DNA of 64,000 nt from a bacterium (GCA_963693055.1 OY843751.1:6080001-6144000); one strand, 5' to 3'. Positions 46,445 to 56,910 are shown, numbered from the stretch's first letter. The notes: generated by a model not told the origin, from the letters alone. Numbers and translations: made by a program.

Positions 46445-47719
46445 ATGTCTGCATTAGCCATACTGGGAGGTTCTCCCGTCAGAGATACAAAAAATAAACC
46501 CTGGCCCAAATGGCCGGTATGGAATGATAAAGAAGAAAAAGCGCTGTTGGATGTATTGCATAGCGGAGTTTGGTCTTATAACGGACCCAAAGAAACTGCA
46601 TTTAACCAGGCCTTTGCAGAGTATATTGGTTCCAAATATGCTGTTTGCTCTGTGAACGGTACCGTTACCCTGCAGCTTGCATTAGAGGCCATGGGTATTG
46701 GCTGGGGAGATGAAGTGATTGTTCCCGGTCTTACCTGGCAGGCTACAGCGGCATGTGTTCTGGATAACAATGCTGTACCCATCATTGTGGATGTTACTCC
46801 TGATACCTGGTGCATTGATCCTAAAGCTATTGAATCGGCAATTACCCCACGCACCAAAGCTATAATACCGGTACATTTATATGGCAGTATGGCCGATATG
46901 GATGCGATTATGGAAATCGCAAACAAGCACAACCTGTATGTGCTTGAGGATGCGGCACATAAACAGGGTGGCGAGTGGAACGGTAAAAAAGCGGGCAGTA
47001 TTGGCCACATCGGCAGCTTTAGTTTCCAGTTGTCAAAACTTATGACAGCAGGTGAAGGCGGCGCATTGACCACCAGCGATTTTGAATTATATGAAAAGCT
47101 GGATGCCCTGCGCAATTGTGGTCGTCGTCCCGAGTCCGATTCCAGTGCATCCGCAGAAGAAGACGTTTATGGCAGCGAAGGAAATTTTATCCAGTCCGGT
47201 AATTACCGCATCACTGATTTCCAGGCGGCAATTTTGTTGGAGCAGGTTTATAAACTGCCAGAACAAACCAAAACCCGGGATGAGCAGGCCATGTATATGA
47301 ACAGTCTTTTGGAAAAATTACCGGGAGTTAAACCCATGTATAGGGATAAGAGAGAAACCCAGGAAGCCTATTTTAATTATGCGTTCCGGTTTTTCAGTGA
47401 CGAGTTTAAAGGCCTCTCTGTACAAAAATTCAGAGAAGCGCTGGGCAAAGAATTGGGTTATGAAGTGGATTCCTGTTACAATCCTTTGAACAATTGTGAA
47501 TTGTACACCCCTCATACAAAACCCTGGAGATACAAAATTACTGAACAGCACTGGCAGGAAATTGATCCCAAACGTTTTGATTTACCGGTAGCCACTCATG
47601 CCTTTGAAAATGAATCTGTTTGTTTTCATTTTTCAATTCTGGATGGTGATCGTTCAGATCTGGATCTGATGGCAGAAGCCATTGAAAAAATATATAAAAA
47701 CGCGGAAGAATTATTATGA
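46445..47719 (+). CDS. DegT/DnrJ/EryC1/StrS PLP aminotransferase (RifK/BtrR-like)
   Basis: WPKWP, NGTVTL, PVHLYG, EDAAH, SFSFQLSKLMTAGEGG, GNYR. Confidence 0.9.
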   Translation: MSALAILGGSPVRDTKNKPWPKWPVWNDKEEKALLDVLHSGVWSYNGPKETAFNQAFAEYIGSKYAVCSVNGTVTLQLALEAMGIGWGDEVIVPGLTWQATAACVLDNNAVPIIVDVTPDTWCIDPKAIESAITPRTKAIIPVHLYGSMADMDAIMEIANKHNLYVLEDAAHKQGGEWNGKKAGSIGHIGSFSFQLSKLMTAGEGGALTTSDFELYEKLDALRNCGRRPESDSSASAEEDVYGSEGNFIQSGNYRITDFQAAILLEQVYKLPEQTKTRDEQAMYMNSLLEKLPGVKPMYRDKRETQEAYFNYAFRFFSDEFKGLSVQKFREALGKELGYEVDSCYNPLNNCELYTPHTKPWRYKITEQHWQEIDPKRFDLPVATHAFENESVCFHFSILDGDRSDLDLMAEAIEKIYKNAEELL

Positions 47720-48738
47720 TAAACGTAGAAGAAACCCTGCGTTTTGCTGTAATTGGTGCAGGCTATATTGCCGGTTACCATACGCGGGGCATTCTGGCCC
47801 AACCGAATGCAGAAGTTGCGGTGGTTTGCGATATTGATGAACAAAAAGCCCGCAATTTTGCAAAACTTTACAAGATTCCGGATGTTGTAACAGATCCGGA
47901 AGTGGTTTTCAGTCGTTCCGATATTGATGCGGTTGTGTTGTGTGTTCCCAATGCATATCATGCACCTTTTGCAATAAAAGCTCTGGAACAAGGTAAAGAT
48001 GTATTGATAGAGAAACCTGCCACCATGACTTCGTCCGAGTGTGATGATATCTATAAAGCAGCTCGTGAGAATGAAGGCATTGTACTTGTTGGGCACATGT
48101 GGCGATTTGATATAGAAGCGCAATTTATTAAAAATATGATAGAATCCGGACAACTGGGCCCTATTTTTAAAACAAAGGGCTATGGCATCCATGAAAATTG
48201 GGGACCAGAAGGCTGGTTTGTAAATAAAAAACTGGCAGGCGGCGGTGCATTGATCGATATGGGTGTGCACGCAATTGATACCGTAAGGTATTTGCTGGGT
48301 GAGCCCAAAGCAAAGCGTGTATTTGCCAATATCAGTACTCGGTTTGGCGATTATGATGTAGATGATTCAGGATTGTTATGGATTGAATGGGAAACCGGTG
48401 CGGTATCTATTATTGAAAGTGGCTGGTGGCAGCCGCATATGGATGGTCCCGAGGCCGGAACTCAGTTATTTGGTGAAAAAGGTTATGCCAGTCTTTTTCC
48501 TACAAAAGTAAAATTGAAATTATCTGAGACACCCGGCGAGTTTAACCCGGCACCGCTTGATCCGCCAAAGCAGGAACATTGTGATCAGTCAATTTATACG
48601 GCACAAATGGAATATTTTGTGGAATGTGTAAAGGACCGTGTTATACCGGTTCCGGGGATCAAAGAAGGACAAGCCGTAGTACGTATTGTAGAAGCAGCCT
48701 ATCGCTCTTCAATCTCCGGTATGCCGGTAGAAGTCTAA
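47716..48738 (+). CDS. Gfo/Idh/MocA oxidoreductase
   Basis: IGAGYIA, VPNAYH, IEKP, GGGALIDMGVHAID; ATGA overlap. Confidence 0.92.
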   Translation: MINVEETLRFAVIGAGYIAGYHTRGILAQPNAEVAVVCDIDEQKARNFAKLYKIPDVVTDPEVVFSRSDIDAVVLCVPNAYHAPFAIKALEQGKDVLIEKPATMTSSECDDIYKAARENEGIVLVGHMWRFDIEAQFIKNMIESGQLGPIFKTKGYGIHENWGPEGWFVNKKLAGGGALIDMGVHAIDTVRYLLGEPKAKRVFANISTRFGDYDVDDSGLLWIEWETGAVSIIESGWWQPHMDGPEAGTQLFGEKGYASLFPTKVKLKLSETPGEFNPAPLDPPKQEHCDQSIYTAQMEYFVECVKDRVIPVPGIKEGQAVVRIVEAAYRSSISGMPVEV

Positions 48739-48965
48739 TTTTTTTTGAATGCTTTTATTTGCTGTGAGCCCCTCAGTATCATACCCAAACCAATCAGGGT
48801 TAAAATAAGCCCTGCAATCAGGTTGGTGATTTTACCCTGAGGGGTATCTGTAAAAAAAATTGCAATTAAAACAATCAATCCAAATCCACCTAAAAATACA
48901 CCCAATGCACGTAAAATTTCGGCATTTTGCAATTTAACTTGTATATCTTTGGATAATTCTGCCAT
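48735..48965 (-). CDS. Small two-TM membrane protein
   Basis: Two hydrophobic helices; third gene of the symporter operon. Confidence 0.65.
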   Translation of the reverse strand: MAELSKDIQVKLQNAEILRALGVFLGGFGLIVLIAIFFTDTPQGKITNLIAGLILTLIGLGMILRGSQQIKAFKKN

Positions 48966-48975
48966 AATCTCTCTC

Positions 48976-49185
48976 TTAGAATATAGAATAAACAATAAAA
49001 ATGAACAGTAAATCACCAAGGGCCCATATTTTAATATTATGGAACCAACGCGGATTTTCTACACCTTCATAAATAAAACTCTTGGGAATCAACATTACTA
49101 AAATTCCCAGAAAGACAAAGAGTCCTAAAAATATCATTTTGGCCACGGGCATCGAAACCCCGGTTAACCAGTCAAAATTTAACAT
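48976..49185 (-). CDS. Small membrane protein (symporter accessory-like)
   Basis: Two TM segments; GGAG RBS; follows the SSS gene. Confidence 0.7.
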   Translation of the reverse strand: MLNFDWLTGVSMPVAKMIFLGLFVFLGILVMLIPKSFIYEGVENPRWFHNIKIWALGDLLFIFIVYSIF

Positions 49186-49201
49186 CTTCTCTCCATCCTC
49201 T

Positions 49202-50692
49202 CTATTTAACAGTTAATCTGTAAACCAGCCCGGACAATTCTTCATCCGATTTGGGTTTGGTTAACAGGCTTACAACAAATGTTATTACAAATCCGGCAAC
49301 AAATGACCACCATGAAACATACAGGAAGGGGTCTTCAATGGTAAAGAGTTGCGCCTTGAATACATACAGGGATATGGAAACCATAATACCCAGAACCAGG
49401 CCTGAAAAAGCGCCCCAGGGAGTAGTACGTTTCCAGAAAATACCGAGGAACAGTATAGAAAAAACCGGTCCCTGGAAAAAGGATAAAAAGGTTTGAATTG
49501 CGACATAAATACCGGGAAAAGCGTTACTTACCGGTGAAGTGATAACGCCAAAGAGCAGGATCACAACCGTAGTAACCCGACCAACAATCAAATAATGGTC
49601 ATCGTGTGCATCTTTTTTGATATATTTTTGGTAAATGTCCTTAGTCCACAAAGTTGCCGTTGAATTCAACATGGAATCGATAGAAGACATTAATCCGGCC
49701 ATAAACGCAGCGAATAAAAGTCCGCTCAAACCGGGAGGGAGAAGGGTGCGGATCAGCATGGGAAAAGCTTCGTCACCGTTTTCAAGTCCCGGATTCATAA
49801 CAATTGCCAACAGTCCCGGAAAAAGCACCAAAAACGGAATAAACATTTTGAAAAACGCACCAAATACCATACTCATTTTAGCATGCCATTCATTTTTTGC
49901 AGACAGGCATCGTTGTACAATTGTCTGGTTACCAATCATATAAGCATTTGCCATAACAAAGGTTAATCCAAACAGAATACCTGTCCAGGGGAATGGTGTT
50001 GACGTATCTACCGGTTGTATAAGATCAAAATGATGTTTGTATTCCGGTCCCATGGATGATATTTTTTCAACCAGATTTTCCCATCCACCAATATGGTGAA
50101 TCCCTAAAAATACAAGAGCAAATCCACCCACAAACATGATAACCATTTGTACTACATCGGTCATAATTACTGCAGCAAGACCACCTGATGTGGTGTAAAA
50201 ACCAACAATAGCAGCAGTGAGGATGATGGAGACCCAAACCGGCCAGCCCATTAGGGTTTTCAGCAATACAGCGGTTGCCCAGAACAATACTCCCAGGTTG
50301 AAAGCAAAAAAGACGATCCAGGTGATGGCTGCCACCATCCGTACAGAATCGTTATAGCGTCTGCCTAGATATTCGGGAATGGTATAAACTCCGGCTTTCC
50401 AGAAATAGGGAACAAAAACCAGCGCTGCAAGTAGCATTGCCGGTACAGAGCCGATCCAGTCAAAGTTACCTACTGAAATTCCAAAACGATAAGCTTGTCC
50501 TGAAACACCTACAAAGTCAAGTGCGCCAATATCAGACACAACAATGGACATTCCAATTGCCCAAAACGGCAGCGTTCTTCCGGCAAGGAAAAATTCGCTT
50601 GAGGAATGCACAAACTTTTTAAAATAGATTCCCAGGAACATGATTCCAACCAGATAGGAAAGAACCACGAAATAATCAATTCCACTTAACAT
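49202..50692 (-). CDS. Sodium:solute symporter (SGLT-like)
   Basis: FFLAGR, YTIPEYLGRRY, GGLAAVIMTD, NQTIVQRCL, MSSIDSMLNS. Confidence 0.95.
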   Translation of the reverse strand: MLSGIDYFVVLSYLVGIMFLGIYFKKFVHSSSEFFLAGRTLPFWAIGMSIVVSDIGALDFVGVSGQAYRFGISVGNFDWIGSVPAMLLAALVFVPYFWKAGVYTIPEYLGRRYNDSVRMVAAITWIVFFAFNLGVLFWATAVLLKTLMGWPVWVSIILTAAIVGFYTTSGGLAAVIMTDVVQMVIMFVGGFALVFLGIHHIGGWENLVEKISSMGPEYKHHFDLIQPVDTSTPFPWTGILFGLTFVMANAYMIGNQTIVQRCLSAKNEWHAKMSMVFGAFFKMFIPFLVLFPGLLAIVMNPGLENGDEAFPMLIRTLLPPGLSGLLFAAFMAGLMSSIDSMLNSTATLWTKDIYQKYIKKDAHDDHYLIVGRVTTVVILLFGVITSPVSNAFPGIYVAIQTFLSFFQGPVFSILFLGIFWKRTTPWGAFSGLVLGIMVSISLYVFKAQLFTIEDPFLYVSWWSFVAGFVITFVVSLLTKPKSDEELSGLVYRLTVK

Positions 50693-51066
50693 CTATTCTT
50701 CCTTTATGATTAAGGGTTGTATAAATTATTTAGAATTTTTAGTTAACCTGCACTTTAAACTCGTTTGAGATAATCATATATTTGAGGTTAACGTGTAATT
50801 TTGTTGCGAGGGGGTCAATTTTGACCAGTGTATTGCTGGAATTGTCAAGCGCAACATGTTCAATATAATGTTTTTTTTTTCTCAATGCAAGAAAGGATAG
50901 TAGAGATTTTATGGTTTCGTCAGATTTACAGATAGGTTGCAATGTCTTGAATATATTAAATTACTTTTATTAGCCCCATATCAGTAAAAACTTTGATTAC
51001 AGAAATGAGATTGAATTGAGAGATAATAAATCTGATAATAATGAAAAAAATTCTTAATATTATATA

Positions 51067-52278
51067 GAAACATCTGAAATATTGGATTTTTTCATATTGA
51101 ACTAATAAATTGAGTTCAATTTTCCAAAGAGAATGAAATATTTATAAAATCTATAACATTTAAAATTGTTCTTTGACAAAATTTACTATCATTACTCTAA
51201 TACATAGGTTATATACCTACGAAATGGCTCAAGTGGTTAATGTAACCATACGCCTGATATTATAAACCCATGCTGCAATCACAAATTCAAAACGATTTCG
51301 GCCCATATCATAATAACTGCACCGATCATAATCTAATACTTGCTTCATAAAGGCAAACGGTCTTTCAACTGCATTCCGAACTTTAGATAATTGCTTATTT
51401 CTTTTTACCTGCTTTGATGTCAAATTTCGGTTTCTATATCCTTTATCAAGAATGCCGCAATAGACTCCTTTGCCTCGCAGGTTGCACTTGCGGGCTTTGT
51501 TCGTGTAACCTTTATCTGCGAACACCGCATTTTCTTTTTCTGTTATCAGATCCGGAAAAAGATTTGTGTCGTGAATACTTGCGCTGGTAAACTCTACAGA
51601 ATGAATAATATCACTGTCCAAATCTGTACCAATATGGCCTTTGTAGCCATAATGCGTTTTGCCACGTTTCTTTGTGAAATCTGCATCACGATCACGCTTG
51701 CTTCCTGGTTTCGCTTGTGCTTGTTTTATAGTTGCATCAACAAGTGTTCCTTTGCCAACGATCAGACCCATTTTTTCAAGCTGTTTGTTGAATTGCCGGA
51801 ACAGTATTTTATCAAGACCAAGACGGGCAAATAGTTCACGATATCGGCAGATAGTGGTTTCGTCAGGGATTGCATCCGCACTGGTCAGTTCCAGAAACAA
51901 TTGAAAACTACGTCGATCCGCAATCTCTTCTTCCAGGCGAGGATCGGATAAACCATAGATACGTTGTAATAAAAAACAACGAACAATAACTAACAAATCA
52001 AATGACGGCTTGCCTGCATTTGATTTTCTGGTTTTTGATTGTTCAATACGTTCTTCAATGGGTTCAAGTAAATTTTGCCAATCAATTTTTTCTTTGATAA
52101 TTTCCAGAGCTTGTTTGCTTTGGGTTTTTATATGCTTTTTGAAATTTTCATTTGCTGCTGTGGTAAACAAGTCTTCATTGTTTATTCTATTGCGACCCAT
52201 GTAAAACTCCAGTTTTTTTTATCATACAGCAAATTAGTAAATTATTACCTTTGATTCTAATAATATTTCAGAGGTTTC
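51067..52278 (-). mobile_element. IS5-family insertion sequence
   Basis: 17-bp IRs GAAACATCTGAAATATT (51067-51083) and AATATTTCAGAGGTTTC (52262-52278), 16/17 identity; ATATA flanks both sides (probable TSD). Confidence 0.9.
51229..52200 (-). CDS. IS5-family transposase
   Basis: LSDPRLEE, PDETTICRYR, VDAT, YGYKGH, ADKGY, R.AVERPF. Confidence 0.95.
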   Translation of the reverse strand: MGRNRINNEDLFTTAANENFKKHIKTQSKQALEIIKEKIDWQNLLEPIEERIEQSKTRKSNAGKPSFDLLVIVRCFLLQRIYGLSDPRLEEEIADRRSFQLFLELTSADAIPDETTICRYRELFARLGLDKILFRQFNKQLEKMGLIVGKGTLVDATIKQAQAKPGSKRDRDADFTKKRGKTHYGYKGHIGTDLDSDIIHSVEFTSASIHDTNLFPDLITEKENAVFADKGYTNKARKCNLRGKGVYCGILDKGYRNRNLTSKQVKRNKQLSKVRNAVERPFAFMKQVLDYDRCSYYDMGRNRFEFVIAAWVYNIRRMVTLTT

Positions 52279-52394
52279 ATATAGTTATTATTAATTTTTT
52301 ATGCAATAAAAAAACGGTAAAAAGTGAAATCATTAGAAATTTTGTAGGAGATTTACTGCAAAATATGTATCTTGATGTTCACCTATGGAGAAAT

Positions 52395-53447
52395 ATGAGC
52401 AATAAATTTATCGAAAAACGATTGACCGAAACGGTCAAGTGTGCGGGTTGAGCGTCTAAACTTGCGCCAAATGAATTGGCCGCAGCTTTGGAAAAGTTGC
52501 CTCCTCTCACAGATGAACGGGTCCTGGTTGGACTAAATACTGCAGATGATGCCGGTATTGTCAGATTAACTGACGATATAGCATTGGTGCAGACCGTGGA
52601 TATTTTTACGCCTATTGTAGATGATCCTTATATGTATGGTGCGATTTCAGCAGCAAATTCATTAAGCGATGTCTATGCCATGGGTGGGGTGCCATACTCT
52701 GCTCTGAATATTGTTGGGTTTCCCAAAGATACGTTTCCTATGGAAGTTTTGGGAGAAATTCTGCGTGGTGGAGCAGAAAAAGCCAAAGAAGCCAATACAG
52801 TGATTGTTGGCGGACACACAATTTCTGATGATGAACTGAAATATGGAATGGCCGTTACGGGGTTGATCCATCCTCAAGAAATTTTAACTAATAGTGGCGC
52901 CAAACCGGGTGATGTTTTGATTTTAACAAAACCATTGGGAACTGGAACCATTACTACAGCGTTAAAAGCAGGAAAAGGTTCGGATGAAATGATTAAAAAG
53001 GTCTCCGAACAAATGGCCAGATTGAATAAAAATGCCGCCGAATGTTGTAAACAGGTAGGTGGTGTGCATGCATGTACTGATATTACAGGATTCGGATTTT
53101 TAGGACATGCTTTGGAGATGGTAAAAGGTAGTAACGTAAGCATAATTTTTGAATTTGCAAATTTGCCCATTCTTAAAGATGCGATTGAAACAACACAGAA
53201 AGGATTTGTTCCGGGTGGGACCAAAGCAAATCATTTATATGTTGCACCGAATGTAAATTACGCAGTAAATTTAGATCTTAACGATCAATATCTGCTAAAT
53301 GATCCGCAAACATCCGGAGGATTACTAATAGCCATTGATGAAAACAGAGCGCAAGTATTTTTGAGTGCTCTTGGGGAAAGGGGAGAAAAAGCCTGGATTG
53401 TGGGGAATGTTATTTCCAAAAATGACAATTTTATTGAAATTAAATAA
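52395..53447 (+). CDS. selD: Selenide, water dikinase; selenoprotein (UGA codon 19 = Sec)
   Basis: GGAG RBS; MSNKFIEKRLTETVKCAG-U-ASKL in frame with DDAG, QTVD, SDVYAMGG, GGHT, TDITGFG, DPQTSGGLL; TGA 52449-52451. Confidence 0.95.
52462..52484 (+). promoter_or_regulatory. Putative bacterial SECIS element
   Basis: TGCGCCAA-ATGAA-TTGGCCGCA hairpin about 11 nt after the UGA, with G in the loop. Confidence 0.65.
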
Positions 53448-53575
53448 TGGTTTTTTGCGTTTAAGCTTATAAGCTGTTCTGTTGTTAAATAAAAATATGG
53501 ATGAAATTTAGCAATTTCAACTGTTGACCATTTTTTATTTAGGTAAGCCATGAAAGTTTATATAAACCAAAGGAG

Positions 53576-54847
53576 ATGCATATGAGATCGTTAGTTACAA
53601 GTCTTTTTATTATGCTCCTTGCATTCAGCATTAACGCACAAACATCCGGTTATGCTTTGAATTTTGCTGGTGATGTAGATAATGTTGTATTTGGGGGCTC
53701 TGTAGCAACTACAGCTACAGACAATGTTACGTTGGAGTGCTGGGTCAAATGGGCTGGTTCAAATGCCGCGAATCAGGTCATTTTGTATAATGGTACAACA
53801 GGTTCAAACGGTTATGGAATAACAATTGATGGTTCAAACAGTAATGTCAGTCTGCATGTTGGAGCACCTTCTTTCCAAAATGCCGGAACAATATCGGTGG
53901 GGTCATGGACACATTTGGCAATTGTGCGTAATGGAGGTAATTGGACATTATACATCAATGGAAACGGTACTGCTGTAGGTAGTGCTGCACCTTCAACACC
54001 AACAGGTAATTTTAAGGTTGGTAACAATGAATCCGTATCGTGGGGATTTCAAGGTGTTATTGATGAAGTTCGTGTTTCAAATACGGCACGTTATACTTCA
54101 AATTTTACACCAAGCAACTCACCCTTTTCTACTGATGGAAGTACTACTACATTATATCATTTCGATGAAGGTTCAGGTCAATCTACAAATGATGAATCAT
54201 CAAGCAATAATGACGGTCAGCTGGGCCAAACAGGTTCTGCTGAAGGAACAGATCCAACCTGGGTATTGGGCGATGCTCCATTACCGGTGCTGGTCTATTC
54301 CTTTAATGCCAAATATGATCATGACAAAGTGACCATGAACTGGCATACCTCTCCCATCACTGAACAGGAGATTTTTACTGTTCAGCGAGCAATCGATCAG
54401 ACCTGGGTGACCATCGGTACAGTATTTGGAGATCCCGGCAATGTAGATAATTTCAGTTTTACAGATGATCTTTCTTCCTTGTCATCTGATCAAACCTCTG
54501 TACGGTACCGCGTGAGTTTTACCAATCCACAGGGGCAAACAGATTATTCTCCTGTACAGGTTGTTACCGTCAAGAGACCACAAAGCATTTGGTTGGCACA
54601 GAACCATCCTAATCCTTTTAATCCCGGTACGCAGATCACTTATGCGCTTGATGAACAGAATTATGTAAAATTGACTGTTTATAATGCATTGGGACAATTG
54701 GTACAAACCCTGGTAGATCAAAACCAATCAGCGGGAGAGTATTCGGTACAATTTAATGGAAGCAGTTTCCCGGGCGGCGTTTATTTTTATAAACTGGAAA
54801 CCAACAACCGGTCTGTCGACATTAAAAAAATGATCCTTTTGAAATAA
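53576..54847 (+). CDS. Secreted LamG-like jellyroll protein with C-terminal sorting domain
   Basis: TLECWVK, WTHLAIV, LYING, IDEVRVSN, YHFDEGSG; LPV linker; QNHPNPFNP. Confidence 0.85.
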   Translation: MHMRSLVTSLFIMLLAFSINAQTSGYALNFAGDVDNVVFGGSVATTATDNVTLECWVKWAGSNAANQVILYNGTTGSNGYGITIDGSNSNVSLHVGAPSFQNAGTISVGSWTHLAIVRNGGNWTLYINGNGTAVGSAAPSTPTGNFKVGNNESVSWGFQGVIDEVRVSNTARYTSNFTPSNSPFSTDGSTTTLYHFDEGSGQSTNDESSSNNDGQLGQTGSAEGTDPTWVLGDAPLPVLVYSFNAKYDHDKVTMNWHTSPITEQEIFTVQRAIDQTWVTIGTVFGDPGNVDNFSFTDDLSSLSSDQTSVRYRVSFTNPQGQTDYSPVQVVTVKRPQSIWLAQNHPNPFNPGTQITYALDEQNYVKLTVYNALGQLVQTLVDQNQSAGEYSVQFNGSSFPGGVYFYKLETNNRSVDIKKMILLK

Positions 54848-54869
54848 TATCTTTTACATATAGAATATC

Positions 54870-54903
54870 AAGGGGTTTGAATTATTATTCAAACCCCTTT
54901 TTT
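54870..54903 (+). terminator. Rho-independent terminator
   Basis: AAGGGGTTTGAAT...ATTCAAACCCCTT plus T-run. Confidence 0.85.
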
Positions 54904-54924
54904 ATTGGGGAGAATATAAATGTC

Positions 54925-55107
54925 TATCATTTTGAGAAAATATAAATAATTTATAGCAATTTTTGATTCAAAATGATAAGAAATAAAGGTTTTTTCAAGA
55001 TTTTTCTATTATATTGATTGATTTTAAAATAATTTAGAGCCTCTCGAATGTTTATCTTCCTTTAAAACAATAGTTTAGCCGCAAATTTTTTTTGGTATGT
55101 ATTTTGT
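54925..55107 (+). promoter_or_regulatory. Putative enhancer (UAS) pair and sigma54-like promoter
   Basis: Inverted 11-mers TATCATTTTGA (54925) and TCAAAATGATA (54968); TGGTAT-N5-TTGT at 55093-55107 (GG-N10-GT versus consensus GC). Confidence 0.45.
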
Positions 55108-55143
55108 CAGTATCTGGTTTTTATTTCTTCAACAATTTTTCAG

Positions 55144-56910
55144 GTGGTAATGATGAAACGAATACTGCTGCTGCTTTTACTGATTGTTGCTTTTCAATGG
55201 ATTCAGGCACAAACGCCTGTTGTTGAGGATGGTAAATATAATAAATATCATCCTCCCAAAATGGAATTACGGACATCGGCAGAGTGGGAACCGGTACAAA
55301 CGGTAGTAATTCCGTTTCTGGAACCTACAGAAAAATACCCTGTACCCTTTTGGGAGGATATGGCGGGTTTGATCAATTCTACCAAAGAAATTATACCTGT
55401 TATCGTATTATGTAATGATAAGGATTTTACACGTGCAGATTTAAAAAAAAGGGGGATGACAACTGAAAATATTACGCTGATAGAAATTTTTGGTTTGAGA
55501 ACACCCTGGATGCGTGATTACGGTCCGCAATCTGCTTATACTGCATTGGGTGAACATGTATTGCTTGACTGGATATATGATCAGCCCCACCGTGAAGACG
55601 ATGAATCATCCACCTATGTTGCTTATCATTTGGACATGCCTGTCTATAAAATGATATTGCCTCCAAATACACTGTTTTATAGTGGCGCCAACTTGTTGAC
55701 AGATGGAATGGGAATGGCTGTTTTGAACACGTTTTACAGGGATCTGCAAAAGCCCAAACCAGAGTCAGAGTATGATAAAACATTTAAAACCTACTTTGGA
55801 TTTAAACGATTGATTAAAGTGGATCTGGATTTCAGGCATTTGGATTTATTCGTGAAACTGTTGAATGAAGAGACCTTGCTGGTTGAAGATTATACCAAAG
55901 AATCTGCCGATAAAGCGCATCTTGCTGAACCTGTAATACAGGAGATTTTGAAACACAAGACGTCTTTTGGAAGAGATTTCAAGGTTGTAAAAGTTCCGAT
56001 ACCTGAAATTCCGGGGGAAATCTATCATTTGGATAAATCACCTTCGTATGTCAATTCGTTGATCATTAATTCAACGGTATTGGTCCCGATTTTTAATATT
56101 CCTACCGATGAAAAGGCGTTGCAATGCTATCGGGAGAGCATGCCTGGATATGAAATAGTGGGAGTACCAGCTAGCCATATTTATGAAAAAAAGGGTACAA
56201 TACATTGTATAACGCATGAGATCGGTTTAGATGACCCGGTAACGATACTGCATGCCGCATTGGATAACCAGTCCGGCAATGTAGATGGTTATACGGTTAA
56301 CGCAAAGATCCTGAGTCGCAACGAACTGGAGCAGGTTACCTTGTTCTGGAAAACAAAAACCCAACAAGTCTTTACTAAAATTAAAATGCAAACCAGTTCC
56401 ACCCATGTCTGGTCCGCAAAAATTCCCAAGCAGGAATTTGGATCTTCCCTCAGTTATTATATTGAGGTTAGAACCATAACCGGCAGGATTGTGAATCGAC
56501 CCTTGCCTGGGGCCGATGCAGCCTGGACTTTTCAGGTTAACTCTCTTATACAGCCGACATCTGCAGTTATTCCGAATATTTATAAAGAACATCAGTTGAT
56601 ATCAGATTCGACTCCTGTTAAAGCAGAACGCTCCGAAAAGATTCGGATGAGCCACATCATTGTGCGATCGGAACCCATGGCCAGAGAATTACTTGTCCGA
56701 TTGGATAATGGTGAATCTTTTGAGGAACTGGCAAAGCAGTATTCGGAAGATATGTATAGCGCGCGAAAGGGAGGAGATGCCGGATATTTTAAAAAAGGGG
56801 ATTTGCTGCCACAGCTTGAAGAGATTATTGAAAAGCTCTATGAGGGACAAGTGAATCCTGATCCGATCAAGACCCGATTAGGATACCATATTATTAAGCG
56901 GACCAGTTGA
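55144..56910 (+). CDS. Secreted agmatine/peptidylarginine deiminase-like protein fused to an Ig domain and a parvulin (PPIC) PPIase
   Basis: AEWEP, WMRDYG, HLD, SYVNSLI, IHCITHE; C-terminal SHIIV...FEELAKQYSED..SARKGGDAG...GYHIIK. Confidence 0.85.
   Translation: MVMMKRILLLLLLIVAFQWIQAQTPVVEDGKYNKYHPPKMELRTSAEWEPVQTVVIPFLEPTEKYPVPFWEDMAGLINSTKEIIPVIVLCNDKDFTRADLKKRGMTTENITLIEIFGLRTPWMRDYGPQSAYTALGEHVLLDWIYDQPHREDDESSTYVAYHLDMPVYKMILPPNTLFYSGANLLTDGMGMAVLNTFYRDLQKPKPESEYDKTFKTYFGFKRLIKVDLDFRHLDLFVKLLNEETLLVEDYTKESADKAHLAEPVIQEILKHKTSFGRDFKVVKVPIPEIPGEIYHLDKSPSYVNSLIINSTVLVPIFNIPTDEKALQCYRESMPGYEIVGVPASHIYEKKGTIHCITHEIGLDDPVTILHAALDNQSGNVDGYTVNAKILSRNELEQVTLFWKTKTQQVFTKIKMQTSSTHVWSAKIPKQEFGSSLSYYIEVRTITGRIVNRPLPGADAAWTFQVNSLIQPTSAVIPNIYKEHQLISDSTPVKAERSEKIRMSHIIVRSEPMARELLVRLDNGESFEELAKQYSEDMYSARKGGDAGYFKKGDLLPQLEEIIEKLYEGQVNPDPIKTRLGYHIIKRTS

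Noticed and set aside
52251-52451. 66-aa ORF and separate TTG-start ORF at 52476
   Set aside because: Both are pieces of one selD read through UGA from ATG 52395
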